Counted from the stretch's first letter, positions 39,318-51,428 are shown. The stretch: 64,000 nucleotides of DNA from Basidiobolus meristosporus CBS 931.73 (GCA_002104905.1 MCFE01000265.1:43915-107914), one strand, 5' to 3'. Translations and numbers: made by a program. Notes: generated by a model from the letters alone, not told the origin.

Positions 39318-39810
39318 GTTGGATCCAATCCAGATCAGCTGTCTGGATCCCATTAGGAGACTGTCATAGTACTGGCAGCTTAAAATAATGACCCTGTACA
39401 CAATCTGATGACAGGACCACAATAGCATCTGGCTAATTTATTATCAAATAATGTTGAAAAACATGATGATATTTGTATGGTGTTTTGCCAAGGTTTGCAT
39501 GGAACAATTGAGGTATGAATGTGCTCTACAACTATTTGGGTGGATATAAGAACCCAGTTCATCCAATTGTCTTATATGTCAAAAAAACTTGATGGGGTTT
39601 TGATGGCCTCATTGCATGCATATAATGGCAATAGCACAACAGTATGGCAGCCTACAGCTTGTTCTGGGTAATGCTACAGTACCATTTTACCAAGTAGTAC
39701 TTCCTTTTTCAACCTCCCCTTGCGCAATTCATATATTCCACTGTAGAATCACCCCTCTTTCTTGACTTACCCAGTACTATCTTGGATATTCTACATATGA
39801 TTTTAATCAG
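39318..39810 (+). mobile_element. Gypsy integrase C-terminal remnant
   Basis: IWVDIRTQFIQLSYMSKKLDG resembles the VWL...RPSKKLD motif; inverted homolog at 31790-32270. Confidence 0.4.
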
Positions 39811-39849
39811 AACAACTATGGCCTCCTACTTTCTAAACTCTTCAAAGCA

Positions 39850-40088
39850 CACACATCGTCAGTCCTTCTGTGCTCTTATACCATACCCAAAATATTGATC
39901 CCAAAAAAAGGCCAAAAAATGAGTTTTCCTCAGCACAATAGGTGAAACACTGGGACTGCTTTGCATACAGATAAAGAGCTAAGTTTCACATTCTGTGGCT
40001 ATGTATAGGTCTGCCATTCCTCTCTGGCATAAAATGTCACTATTTGGCTCCATTGGCTCAATGTGGCACTATTCAATGGAACAAGTCT
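39850..40088 (+). mobile_element. Right arm of a Pangu-like MITE
   Basis: Matches 60290-60523; ends ATGGAACAAGTCT|AGT. Confidence 0.8.
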
Positions 40089-43005
40089 AGTATCATAGGC
40101 ATGTTTTCTGCAGGTGTTATCTCATTGCATATTGGTATTTTGCAGTACTCATGCAGAGTACTCTTGTTATGAGCTACAGGCTTGAAACTTATCAGTGAGC
40201 CTTCTTCTTCAGAGCTACCACTCTGCATGCCATGCTCAGATGACTGGGGTGAGCCTAAAGGTGTCACAAACTCACCTGACTCAGTTTGTGCAAAGTGACA
40301 AGTATGGCCAGGTGCCATTGTAGAAATATCAAGTTGCCAACAAGATATTGTTTGTAGTGTGGTGACTGATGAATGGTAGCATATGACTTGTGTTGCAAAA
40401 CACTTGCTGTGATCCTTGTAATACTTCTTATGCTGACTGTATGCTCTATGACTGAGAGGCTTGCCACAATAGCCACATGGTCTTTGTTCTCTTTTCTTAC
40501 AGCATTGAATTCAAGTAGTCTTGTCCACAGGGCAAACAGCTTGACATTCAACAATGTAACACTATTATACCACTTTTTAGTCAATACTCATGTGACCTTA
40601 AGACAGTTTTGTATTTGATACATTGCACCTACACAAATGTAAGATTCAATGGTGACCTGCCATAGTAAGCAATATAAATAAAGTTGCGGCTCCACATACA
40701 CACATGTATGTAAAGTCATTCTCCCTTTGGTTTAACTCACTTTTATATATATGTCACTCAAAATAAAGTAAAGTAGTCAGGTTCCCAACCAAACCTCACT
40801 GCTGATAGCAGCAGAAAAACTATTGGGCAATACCTTGCTTTGACATTCAGTGCAACAGGCAGAGCTACAACCAAAAAAGGCTATATTGAAAATGTGCCCA
40901 TCAAAGGTAATAAAACTGACTCCTCAGGCTCTCAGTCAAATAGCCCACTCAAAACCTCTGTGGAGCTGAAAGCCAACCATAATCCTTTGGCAGATGAGAA
41001 TGTACCAAAAGCAGTACCTTCAGCTGAAGACCTGCAAATGGCTATCATAACAACAATGCTGCCCATGTTAACAAGTATGGTGTCAGCTCATACCAAATCA
41101 TTAGGAAGGCAATTAGGTGCAGTGACTGATAGGATTGATGCAATGGCCCAGAGAAGTCAGAAAATAGTCCTAAAACAGCATGGGCAGATAATTGGTGCAG
41201 AGCAAGCAATATCCCAGGTGAAGAGAGTTGTATATTTAATGTCAAGAAGGAACTCAAGTAACTTGATGTCACAGACAAGAATTGAGCCATTTCCCAATGT
41301 AACATCAGAGGAATACCATACAGTCTTTGAAGCACAACAACAGTGCCCAATGATTGAGCCCACAGTAAAGCCTATGACAGCAGGGGAGGGGAAAGCTGCA
41401 GTGATTGTACCATTGCCTAAAAATCAAAAGGCATTGAAGAACCATGAAGCAGTTGAACTAAATGATGAAGAATTGGCTAATATTAAAGAGGTCATCAGAA
41501 GTCCAGCACACTGACACCTTAAGGCTTGCAAACCATAAAACCATCAAGAACTCAAGGCAAAGCAGAATGTACTTGTCCTATTCCATGAGCATTATTCTGG
41601 ATTCAAACAAGCAAATGGATCTTGGGCCAGCATTGGTAAGCTAAGAATGAATATCAAGAATTGCAGAAACTATTAAAGGCAGTAGAACAGGGGTGCAATG
41701 GCTAAAAAGCAGTAGCTTTTTCTGGAGCCTATTAGAAGTAGGGCTGAAAGCTCCAAACAAATGTCCAAAAGACATCAGGTAGCTGGGAGAGTGCCAATAA
41801 GGGATAAGCAGGAATACACAAGTGTACCAGCACAACATTTGTCAGCAAAAAGGAATAGTTCCACTCAAGAAGCACTCAGTCATATTATCAGTAAATGACC
41901 TGGAAGTAATGTATGTAGTGGCTACCTCAGGAGCCTGTCAGAATTTGAGCAAGGAGCTCAAGATAAGCAGGAAAGAAGTGTCTAGTTGCCCATAGGAAGC
42001 CTGTAAAGGACAAACAGGCCAAAACAGATGCATCAGAGCAGCATTTATCAGGGCAATAATGTAGTTCAAATCAAGAATCACTCATGCAAAGTAGCAATAA
42101 AAGACCTGGCAGTGATAAAGGAAAGGATAAAAGGAAGAAGCTGGCTGAAGCCAGAGATTGGGAAGCATAATAAACAAGCTGCAGCCCTGGCTAATCAATG
42201 CCATAAGCCAGGAGCAAAATGAATCCCATTATAGCCAAGAGGAATTACCAACATGAAAACAGCTGTTTACACAAGAGTGGAAGTGCAGCCAGTTTGGCTG
42301 CAAAAGTTGATCACAATGCCTTCAGTAGAATTGTGCAACATTAATAGGCTCACCAAGAGGCTGTAGCACTTTTTCAGGAGCAGTGCTCAAGAAAATCACT
42401 TGAATATTACAAGGATTTATTGCAAGCACTGGCAGAAGAGGTGCTAGACCTTGCAGTGCTGGCTGAAGACCAGGATGTATGGGAACTAGTGAATAGCAGT
42501 AGCATAATGCCATGGAACTCTTGCCAAAGTCATGGAAACAGAGCATCAGAGCAGATATGTAGATTAAATGGTGGATTTTAATGGAGTTACATGTTGAGTG
42601 TGGGGTTAGGCTTACGTTGAAGTAAGGTATAGGGACTTGTATAGGTCCATATAGTAAGCAATTGAAGTACAACTGAGGTTTCAACAAAACTAAATCAACT
42701 TGTATGCATGAAAAGCAGGAGAAACAGTTGAGTCAGGAAGTAAGGAGTATAAAAGAGAGGCAACAGCCAATCAATGTACCCATATGTATGCAGTGATAGA
42801 GTGTCCAGGATCAAAAGTGCAAGAGTTGGCAGAGTGCCAATCCAATGCCACTTATGTATTATTGTGAAGAAAAATTTTGACCAAGTTTTCTGTGAAATAT
42901 AGGGTGCAATTACTTTCTGATGGTGTTTGTGCCATGTCCTGATAAGATCAATACCTCTTAGTCACAGGACTTAGAGTTTGTGACAGGATCATTGCATTTA
43001 TTTCT
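40089..43005 (+). mobile_element. Family X copy 2 with upstream possible CACTA transposase C-terminus
   Basis: 40530-43005 aligns to 18797-21385; ORF 40840-41514 is homologous to 19015-19608; 40089-40650 weakly resembles a CACTA transposase tail. Confidence 0.6.
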
Positions 43006-43781
43006 CATAGGGTCATAATGCACTGAGGATCTATAAAGCTATGAGTGCTATGATGAACAATGGGCTAATATTCAGGAGGCTGTAAGATGACAGGCATGCC
43101 ATTACCTTTAGGCCAGTATACCATGGGACTATCAGCAAGTTAAGACCAAACAGAATGTGCTTGACCTATTACATAAGTAGTAATCTGAGTTCAAACTAGC
43201 CAACAGGTTTTGGGCCAATATTAGTATGCTACAATGGTATCTTGAGAATAGCAGAAGCTCTCAAAGGCAGCAGAATAATGGTGCCATGGTTGAAAACCAG
43301 TGGCTTCCTCAAGAGCCTGTTATACAAAGGGCCAAAGCTCTAAGCAAGCAGCAAAGAAACATCAGGTAGCTAGAAGATTGCTGGTAAGGGACAAGCAGGC
43401 AGATTAAGAAGCACCAGCGCAACATTTATGAAGGAAGAAGTGCAGTTCCATTCAAGAAGCACTCACTCTGTGTAGGAGTGAAAGACTTGGCAGTGATGAA
43501 AACCAGCAGCTTCCTAAGGAGTTCTTCACATCCATGGCTGAAAGCTAAAAACAAGCAGCTATAACACCTCAGATTGCCAAAAGTTTGCCAGTAAGGAATA
43601 GACTTGTTCCGTTGGATAGTGCCACATAGTGCCAGCTGTTTATGGTGCCAGATTGATCTGGCACTCTACGGCACCATCTGGCACTATAATTTCTACCATG
43701 ATGCCAGTGGTATGATACAGTTACTGGTAATTTTACTCAATCTTACTTATGTTGCTCAGAATAGTGCTTTCCTTGCTTTAT

Positions 43782-44666
43782 TTACTCTTCATAATGCTCC
43801 AGACACATTTCTCTCAGTGGATGTCTTCTTGTATGAACATACTGTGCATTAATAAGTATCTTAACTATTTTACCTATTCTGCTGTTTTCTCCTATATATG
43901 ACTTTCCTCTGTATTTACCAGCCAATATGCTGAATCTCTTCAGATATCCAAATGTGTGCTCTACCCTCACTCTGAAATGATTAAATATCTCATTGTAGAG
44001 CTTCTGCTTCCTGCTAAGCACACCATTTCTTGGCTTCCTATCAGCTGTAATACATCCTAATCTCTAACAATCCTCTCCTATATAGGCTAAGTCTGCCATA
44101 CATTTCTCCCCTCTACTGAATTCAGGATGATTCTCTACCCAGAGTGCTTTGTCATGCCTACTTCCAGCAAATGGCCCACTAAACCAGATGATGTTACCCT
44201 CAATGTCAGATAGTGCTTGAAACTTCACACAGTGTGCCTTGTACTTGCCAGAATAAAAGTGCCTCTGCCCTCTAGATGGTCTGTTAATCCTCACTGGGAA
44301 GGTATCCAAGATACTCCTGATATGGAACCTGTTGCTGAACACTCTGGGATATGGAAGTCTATTGGAGCTTCTGAACCTAGTATTCCAAGCTTGCTCTAAG
44401 TCATTCATACCCTCTGCAAGGTGGTTCTCCATTGCTGTCAGCTGGGAATGAAAGCTTCTAGGACTTTTGTTGCCATGGATGGTGGGATGAAACCTTGTAG
44501 GGCAATAGTTCTTGTAATAGCAGAGAAGATTAACAAGGGATCTCCTTGAGTAGATTGGGGTTGATGGTCCACAGTACTTGGAGTATATCTCCTCTAGTGT
44601 GTCAAAAGGAAATCCAGTGGTAGTGATGGGATTGATGAGAAAAGACCATTCAGATGAATAAGTCAT
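43782..44666 (-). pseudogene. DDE_Tnp_4-type (IS5/PHIS) transposase, 294 codons with one internal TAG
   Basis: ILDTFPVRINRP..QRHFYSGKYKAHCVKFQ...GSRHD...ADLAYIG...RKP...LYN...RVRVEHTFGYLKRFSIL; one frame across the stop at 44064-44066. Confidence 0.9.
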
Positions 44667-44985
44667 ATTAAAATTGATGGATGATTGTATAAAGGCGGTT
44701 TGAATTGATTTGGCGCAATCTACGTTATTTATCTGATTTTTAATACATTATGGTTAAATCTCCATCAATTGCCATGTATCCCATCATTATGTTGCAAAAA
44801 TCATCCGCAAACAATGCCTTGGTACTTTTATTGATGCTTTACTCATAGGTCTATAATCAAATAGGAAATCTGCAATTGATGTGATCTGATCCGTGTCAAC
44901 GCAATCCAAGATGCATCATGCATAATATAAGGAAAATTCAACAATCACATTAGTTTTCATATATATTTCATATAAGACCAGGTAG

Positions 44986-46257
44986 ATGCCAATATACTGC
45001 TGTATAAGTATCCAAATCCGTTGCTATGGTCCCCGTACCAAGCCTCAACTCATCTTTAGTACAACCCAGACAAAACCCATCCCCAGCTCACAGGCGCAGT
45101 CTGGACCGGAGAAGTTGATGTTGGATCCGTTTGAGTTCTTGCCAAATGATTTTAGTATGGCCCAAGTGTCTATGATGAGCCTTCATACAGATATTTGGGC
45201 ACTACTGATTAATCTAGCAGAGCTAGATACCTCAGAGAGTCAACAAAGACGGAAGAATTTGAGTAGAAAGCTGTGGCATGAGTTCTACATCAAGATACCA
45301 GCCAATGTATGTAAAAAAATATAAAACAAGACAAGTATTGAAATCAAGAATGAGCTGAGAGTGAGGGGATTTGACAAAGAAGCTGCGCGGGAATGATTTT
45401 GCTCGCAATTTGCACAGTACGGGCCGGATGCGTCCGTTTGTGCCTCAACTTTGGGAACCAAATAGATTTTGAATGAGTTTTTGCCTCAAATGACAAATGT
45501 ACTACGTGATATATTAGTAGAGCTAAGTGGCTTCTGAGAGCAATATACACAGGACTCATCCAGGCAACAGCTCCAAAGTATCAGACAGAGGGTAAGTGAA
45601 TACCTTGAGGAATCAGATGGTGAGCTTCAGGAGGAAGAATACAGACCGCAAGCAACATTGTCCAGATTGCGCCAGCACGCCTTGCTGGATTCCCTACCAT
45701 CTCTTGCAACCACAGCGTGCTGGCGCACGTCAGTCCAGACCATGCCAACACCCTTTACCAGAACGCCCTGCGTCGAGTCAACGCGCGCGCTTCAGAGCAA
45801 AACTACAAGAACTCGCCAAACTGCTCATTTAGGCACAAGTCCATTGGAGCGGACCAAGTTGCGTCAACATGCGGCATCACATTGAACTCAGCCAAGGGCC
45901 ATCTCAATGCGTCAAGGCACGCCTGCACATGCTGTTTTGCCTGACCATCAGCAAGTTACCTCTGGTGAACTGACTGATGATGACCAACATGAAGTGCCTC
46001 AACCACCGGAGCCCTTGGCAAGTAAAAGAATGGGTCAGCGCGTGGCACTACAGGCCAGTTCAGTTAGTTCAGTTGGAGCAATTCAGCACGGCCAAGCTGC
46101 AGCATTGCACTCATCAACTAGGAGGCAAAATACTGCCTACAAATACACAAGTAGCCACGATGATAGTCAGCCAGGAAGTAGTATAGGTGTGCAAAGTGAG
46201 TCACTACCAAATGCTTCAGTAGTAATCCCTGTGAGAAAAAAACCCAGGAGAAGATGA
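44986..46257 (+). pseudogene. Second ORF of the Pangu-like element (~424 codons, five in-frame stops)
   Basis: ORF-track pieces 44986, 45658 and 45907 share one frame; stops at 45322, 45394, 45463, 45535, 45883; ends RKKPRRR. Start codon uncertain. Confidence 0.7.
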
Positions 46258-48680
46258 TGCAATCACTTTGAATTGCTTACATTTGTAATGATCCCGACAA
46301 CCCTTTTTTTTTGCGATCCAAATTGAGCCATTGCAAATCAGTGATCATCAAATTTTTGATATAAGTAATATCAAGGTCATCTCACATATGAGACAGAACC
46401 CCTATAAATAAACACCCTGCATATATATACGTCATCTGCAATACCAGTGCAGCTATTGGATCTGTTTTGCACCTACACAATTGCTTGTGTGCTAGCTATG
46501 ACACCTTGTCCAGTCACTTGGATCAGGGATTTACTTGCTCAATGGGCAAAATGGGATATTTGATGGCAAATCAGGTAGCTTTTTCAGTAGTCAATGAGCC
46601 AATTGGGGGCTGCCAGCTTCAGGATACTTTTGGACCAATTAACTACTGAGATACTGTCCAATTGGAGTGAGGGTAACCAAAATGGTAAGTATCAGTGTAG
46701 TTTATAGTGTGATACACATTTATTTCCATTTACATTAAAGAAACATATCCAAATACCGGATTTTACCTGCCTTTATAGTGGTATCCAATCACGCACGTGA
46801 TGCAAACATTACAAGTTGGCGCAATCATCCATGCCAACCTCATTGTGTCAGATTGTGCCATAGTGTGCAAGATTGTCCCGCATAGTGCGAAATTGTCCAA
46901 GAACAATCTTGCCTTCTGGTAGCTATGATATTGCGCCCAATTGTTCTTTACAACCGCGGATCGCGCCGCGCGCCCTGGCACGTTACAATGGAACAAGTCT
47001 AATAAGCAGGCAGAAAGGGATGCATAAGTGTGGCACTTGTCAAGGCAAAATGTAGTACAATACAAGAGGTACTTAGACAAGTTAGCAGTGATAAATCAAG
47101 CAGTAATGAAGAAAAGTTAAACAGAACAATTTCTACCCAAGCCAGATACATGGAAGCATGAATAAAAAGCTGGAGTTCTCTCCAATCTACCCAATAAGCC
47201 TGGAATAAGCTGAATCTCATGATAGCCAAGAGGAATAAATAACAAGAAAACAGCTGTTTTCTCAATAGTCGGAAGTGTAGCCCATTGAGCTATTCCACAG
47301 TGAGGTAGTTGAGCTGGCAGAGAAAGGCAATTTGTCTACCACAGCCCCTGTGTCCTTCATTGAAGAAAGAGTGGAGACCCCATTTACAGACAAAGCAGCA
47401 ATGTTGAGAGCTTACATGACTACTGCAAAGCCTACAGTGGAATTTAAGGGCAATAATAGCTACTGCAAAAGGTTGCAGTACTTCTTTGAGAGCATTGCTC
47501 AAGAGAACTTGCCTGACTATTGGAAGGATTCCGGTAAAGACTGGCAGATGAAGTGCTTGACCTTGCAGATGAAGTGCTTGACCTTGCAGTGCCAGTCAAA
47601 GACCAGGATGTATGGACCCAGTGTGTAAACAATGATATAAAGCCATGGGGCACTTGCCAAAGTCATGTAAAAAGGGTGCTTCTTCAGAAATACTTATTAA
47701 ATGGTAGATCTTAATGGAGGTACTTGTTGAGCTTGAGGTTGGGCTTAATGTTACTGTGGGGTATAAGGGCCTGCATGGGTCAGTAAAATTGGTAATTATA
47801 AGAAAAGGAAATAAATCAGTTTGTATGCATGAAAAGTAAGAGCTTCATTTGCATCAGGAAGTCAGGAGTGTACAAAAGAAGCAATAGACAAACAATGAAA
47901 GCAAATATAGGAGGTGATTGAGTGTCTGGGATCAGAAAGTGAGAGAATTGGCAGACAAAAAATCAAAAGCCATATTACTTTGCTTAGGGGTATGTGGTGT
48001 GGTGGTGTATAAGTCCAAAGGGCAAAATATAGCCAACACTTCTCTAGTGTGAATGTGTGTGGGGTGTTCACTGGGTGCAATAACCTCTGGCAAAAGCTTG
48101 CTAGGAATACTGGGTCTTTTGTCTAATCTAATGTGAAGGGGGATAAAGCCTCAAGCTTGTCAAGGGAAAACTATTGAGCTACAATCCCCAACTTAGTTGG
48201 CATCTTAACAAAAGTTTATAATGGCTTCAACATCCTTTGAGATGACTGTGTACTAAAGCTTCCAAAGTCAAAACAACTTTAAGCTCCACCAGCAGGGACT
48301 TGATAAGAATGCAGCTGTTGCCAATAGTTACAAAGACTGAAAAGTATCTTTGCCTGTATAAGAACAAATTTGGGAAAACAATCAAATATAATAAAGTATA
48401 CCTACTCTGAGTATTCCTCATAAGTAGTGCCACCAAGGTCAGTTGGCTGTCAGCGTAGTTCCCTGGGAGTATTGTCAGGTCTGAGTCAGAAAGTAGTGGT
48501 AAATAGGTAGTGGTGATCTCACTAATCTATAAGCCAGAATATTGGAAGAGGGATGATTTATTTCAAGGGATAGCCTCCCTTATATACTTTTTTGCTGCTC
48601 AAATTCTTGCTAAAAAATACTTTCTGGAAGTTTCCAGAAGGTAGTAGACAGTCAATCATGTCATTGTGTGCTAAAAATAG

Positions 48681-49670
48681 CGCAAAATCTTGGCTGATTA
48701 TGTATCCATCCAAGCTCCTACCATCATGATCAATCCCATTCCTCACCATAAATTATCTGATCTTATGAACGTTTTAGAAAAAATCTTTCCAGAACCCAAA
48801 CTTTTAGATTTTTTTCTCATGATGTGTGCTTCTTTCTTAGAGGGCTACAATACACACAAAATCTTTTACATTTGGTGGGGCAAAGGTAATAATGCCAAAA
48901 CTGCTATTCAAACCTTATTAGCAAAAACTTTTGGTGAATACTGTGCCACTCTACCTACAACTTTAATTACTTGAAGCAGAGGCTCCTCTTCTAACGCCAC
49001 TCCTGATATGTGCCACTTAAAAGGCAAGCTTATTATGTTTTTATAAGAGCCCAACCCCAAAGAAAAAATCAAGGGTGGTATTGTTAAGGAATTAACTGGT
49101 AACAATAGTATTTATATAAGAGAACTTTACAAACAGCCTTGCTCCATTAAGATTAAAGGTAAGCTCATACTTGTTTGTAACAACTTATTAGATATTCCTG
49201 ATATAGATGCAGCACATAAACATCGTACTATTGTTCTTCCTTTCTTAAGTACTTTCTTACCCCAACGCAAGTTTGATTCTCCAGAGAACAAAAATAAAAA
49301 ATATACTTATTTGGTTGAACCAAATGCAGAAAAAATATTAGAAAACTCCTGTGATGTTTTTATGTCGTTATTGTTACGGGGGTATCCTAGATATCTCAAA
49401 AATGGCCTCCAAGTACCCCAAATTATTTCTGATACTATAGATGATTATTTGGTTGCTCACAACTTTCCAGTTGTATTTAAACGTAAATATTTCAAGAATC
49501 AACCTGGTACTAATATGGAAGTTTGTGAAATTTATAACCATTTCAAGTCTTGGTTTAAAGATGTGCATCCAAGCCACAAAATTCCAACATTGGAAAAGTT
49601 TGCAAATGCTCTTAACTTAAACTGGGATGGTATATTAGAGGACATATTTGTTTCTTATAAAGAGATGTAA
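48681..49670 (+). pseudogene. Virus-type D5-like SF3 helicase domain, two in-frame stops
   Basis: Single frame: DYVS, KIFYIWWGKGNNAKT (Walker A variant), MFL*EP (Walker B), KELTGNNSIYIRELY, LILVCN (motif C), R-x-IVLPF-x-S-x-F; TGA at 48972, TAA at 49044; AT-rich. Confidence 0.88.
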
Positions 49671-50030
49671 TTGTGTTTAATTTTTTTATAGATATGTAGT
49701 TTATCTTAACTTTACTTTTGTAAACTATATTTTTTTTAAAAAGCTTTTAATCATACTTGTTAATTACTTTTGTAAACAATATTTTTAACTCTGAGTAAAC
49801 TTTTTTTAAAAAGGTTTTTTCTCAGATACTAATATGGTTTAAATTTTTTATAAACCATACTTTAAGTTTTAAATTAAACGTTCATGATTTAAAAAGTTTT
49901 TTACAAATTTGATATTTGATGTTTGAAATTTGATATTTAAATTTAAACTTGGTTTCGAAAAGTTTTTACAAAATTATTTAAATCAACTCAAACCATTTGG
50001 TTTAAACTTTTGAAACGACTTTTGTATAAT
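49670..50030. other. Very AT-rich spacer with T/A tracts and short repeats
   Basis: Runs such as ttttttttaaaaagctttt, aaaagtttttacaaa twice, tttgatattt units at 49907-49940. Confidence 0.7.
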
Positions 50031-50890
50031 ATCAGCGTTTGTTTCTTAAGAAATTCCCTAATGCGGTAACTATGAATAATATTTGCATTTTTAAAATACA
50101 ATTATTTGCTTCTTGTTAGCAAATTTGTATAGTGTCGCCGCATTTGTATCTTAATAAATTCCCTAATCTGGTAACTATGATCCAACTTTGTAAATATTAA
50201 AGATGCAAAAATTTACACTTTGTTACTTATTTTGTATAGTGTCAGCGTATTTGTATCTTAATAAATTTCCTAATCCAGTAACTACGAGTTGAATTTGTAA
50301 ATTTATAAAGATACAAAAATTTGCTTCTTGTTACTGATTTTGTATAGTGCTAGAGCATTTGTATCTATATAAATTCCCTAATTTGGTATTTACGACCCAA
50401 CTTTGTAAATTGTTAAAGATACAATAATTTACACCCTGTTACCAAATTTGTATAGTGCCACTGCATTTGTATCTTTAAAAAATACCTAATCCGGTATTTA
50501 CGACTTAACTTTGTAAATATTAAAGATGCAAAAAATTGTTCCCTGTTACCGAATTTGTATAGTGTCACTGCATTTGTATCTTTATAAATTCCTTAATCCG
50601 GTATTTACAATTCAACTTTGTAAAATATTAAAGAAGCAAATTTTTTTTCCTTGTCACCAAATTTGTATAGTGTCACCGCATTTGTATCTCAAGAAATTCC
50701 CTAATACAGTAACTACAAGTCGGATTTGTAAATTGTTAAAGATACAATTATTTACACCTTGTTGCTGAATTTGTATAGTGTCAGCGTATTTGTATCTTAA
50801 GAAATTTCCCAATCCAGTAACTACGACCCAACTTTGTAAAATATTAAAGATGCAATAATTTACTCCTTGTTGCTTATTTTGTATAATGCC
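50030..50890. repeat. Tandem array of ~8 x 107-108-bp units
   Basis: TTTGTATA(G/A)TG recurs at 50124, 50231, 50339, 50447, 50554, 50662, 50770, 50878; each unit has inverted arms TTTGTATCTT...AAGAT(A/G)CAA. Confidence 0.95.
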
Positions 50891-51334
50891 ATAGCACTTT
50901 CATTCAGGTGTTTAAAGGTCAGCGTAACTTGGAACTATAAGGAACTGCTGTCCTGGCAGAGTATGCATGACATTTTCATCAACAACTTCTTGAACTTAAG
51001 TAAGCCAATGGAGTTTGACCCATCATTGATATGCCATGACATCTAACATGTAGCAGAAGCTGCCAAAGGCAAACAAGGAAGGGTCACACAGTAAAAGACC
51101 AATAGCTTCCTCCAGATCCCAAAGTAAAAAATTAGCAGAAGGCCAGTAGAGTACATTCATAAAATCAGCTGAATTCCAGCTTTTCCAAAAGTGGCAACTC
51201 TCACTGTCTAATGTACTAGCATAACAGCAGTCAAGTAGACATCCTTTGTGCAGGAATACAAGGTCAACTAGCATTCATACCAGATTTGGTAATTGGTTGC
51301 TCATTACTTCCATCAAATTACAACTGAAAATTTG

Positions 51335-51428
51335 CAGCAGAAACACCAACTGAATACCAGCAAAATGCCAGCAGAATACCAGCCAAAAGTCCAATGAATT
51401 CCAAATCTGGGATTTTTCATAAGGAATT
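51335..51428 (-). repeat. Inverted copy of the putative CACTA terminus and 11-bp subterminal repeats
   Basis: Reverse complement aligns with 29285-29380; GATTTTTCATAAGGAATT vs expected GATTTTTTATAGGGAGTG. Confidence 0.55.

Larger units (their letters stand above)
43600..47000. mobile_element. 3401-bp two-gene PHIS-superfamily DNA transposon (Pangu-like)
   Basis: ~25-bp TIRs (AGACTTGTTCC[G/A]TTG...GTGCCA, 4 mismatches), 3-bp TSD AAT confirmed by the empty-site homologs, divergent DDE transposase and second ORF. Confidence 0.85.
43015..47975 (+). mobile_element. Family X partial copy split by the Pangu-like element
   Basis: 43015-43599 joined to 47004-47975 restores gtaaggaataagcaggcagaa, matching the uninterrupted copies at ~20060 and ~41800. 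Confidence 0.75.

Noticed and set aside
47545-47590. 21-bp tandem duplication (QMKCLTL twice)
   Set aside because: Local slippage in a dead TE copy; absent from other family X copies.
48100-48195. tRNA-like 5' end GGGGATTGTAGCTCAATAG on minus strand
   Set aside because: No T-loop/B-box or cloverleaf; better read as a PBS-like motif.
33926-49670. Stop codons in CpA context as evidence of classical RIP
   Set aside because: Stops created by C>T or G>A are constrained to such contexts, so the sample is biased; only CpG loss is directly visible.
50030-50890. CRISPR array
   Set aside because: No constant repeat with unique spacers, no cas genes, eukaryotic context.
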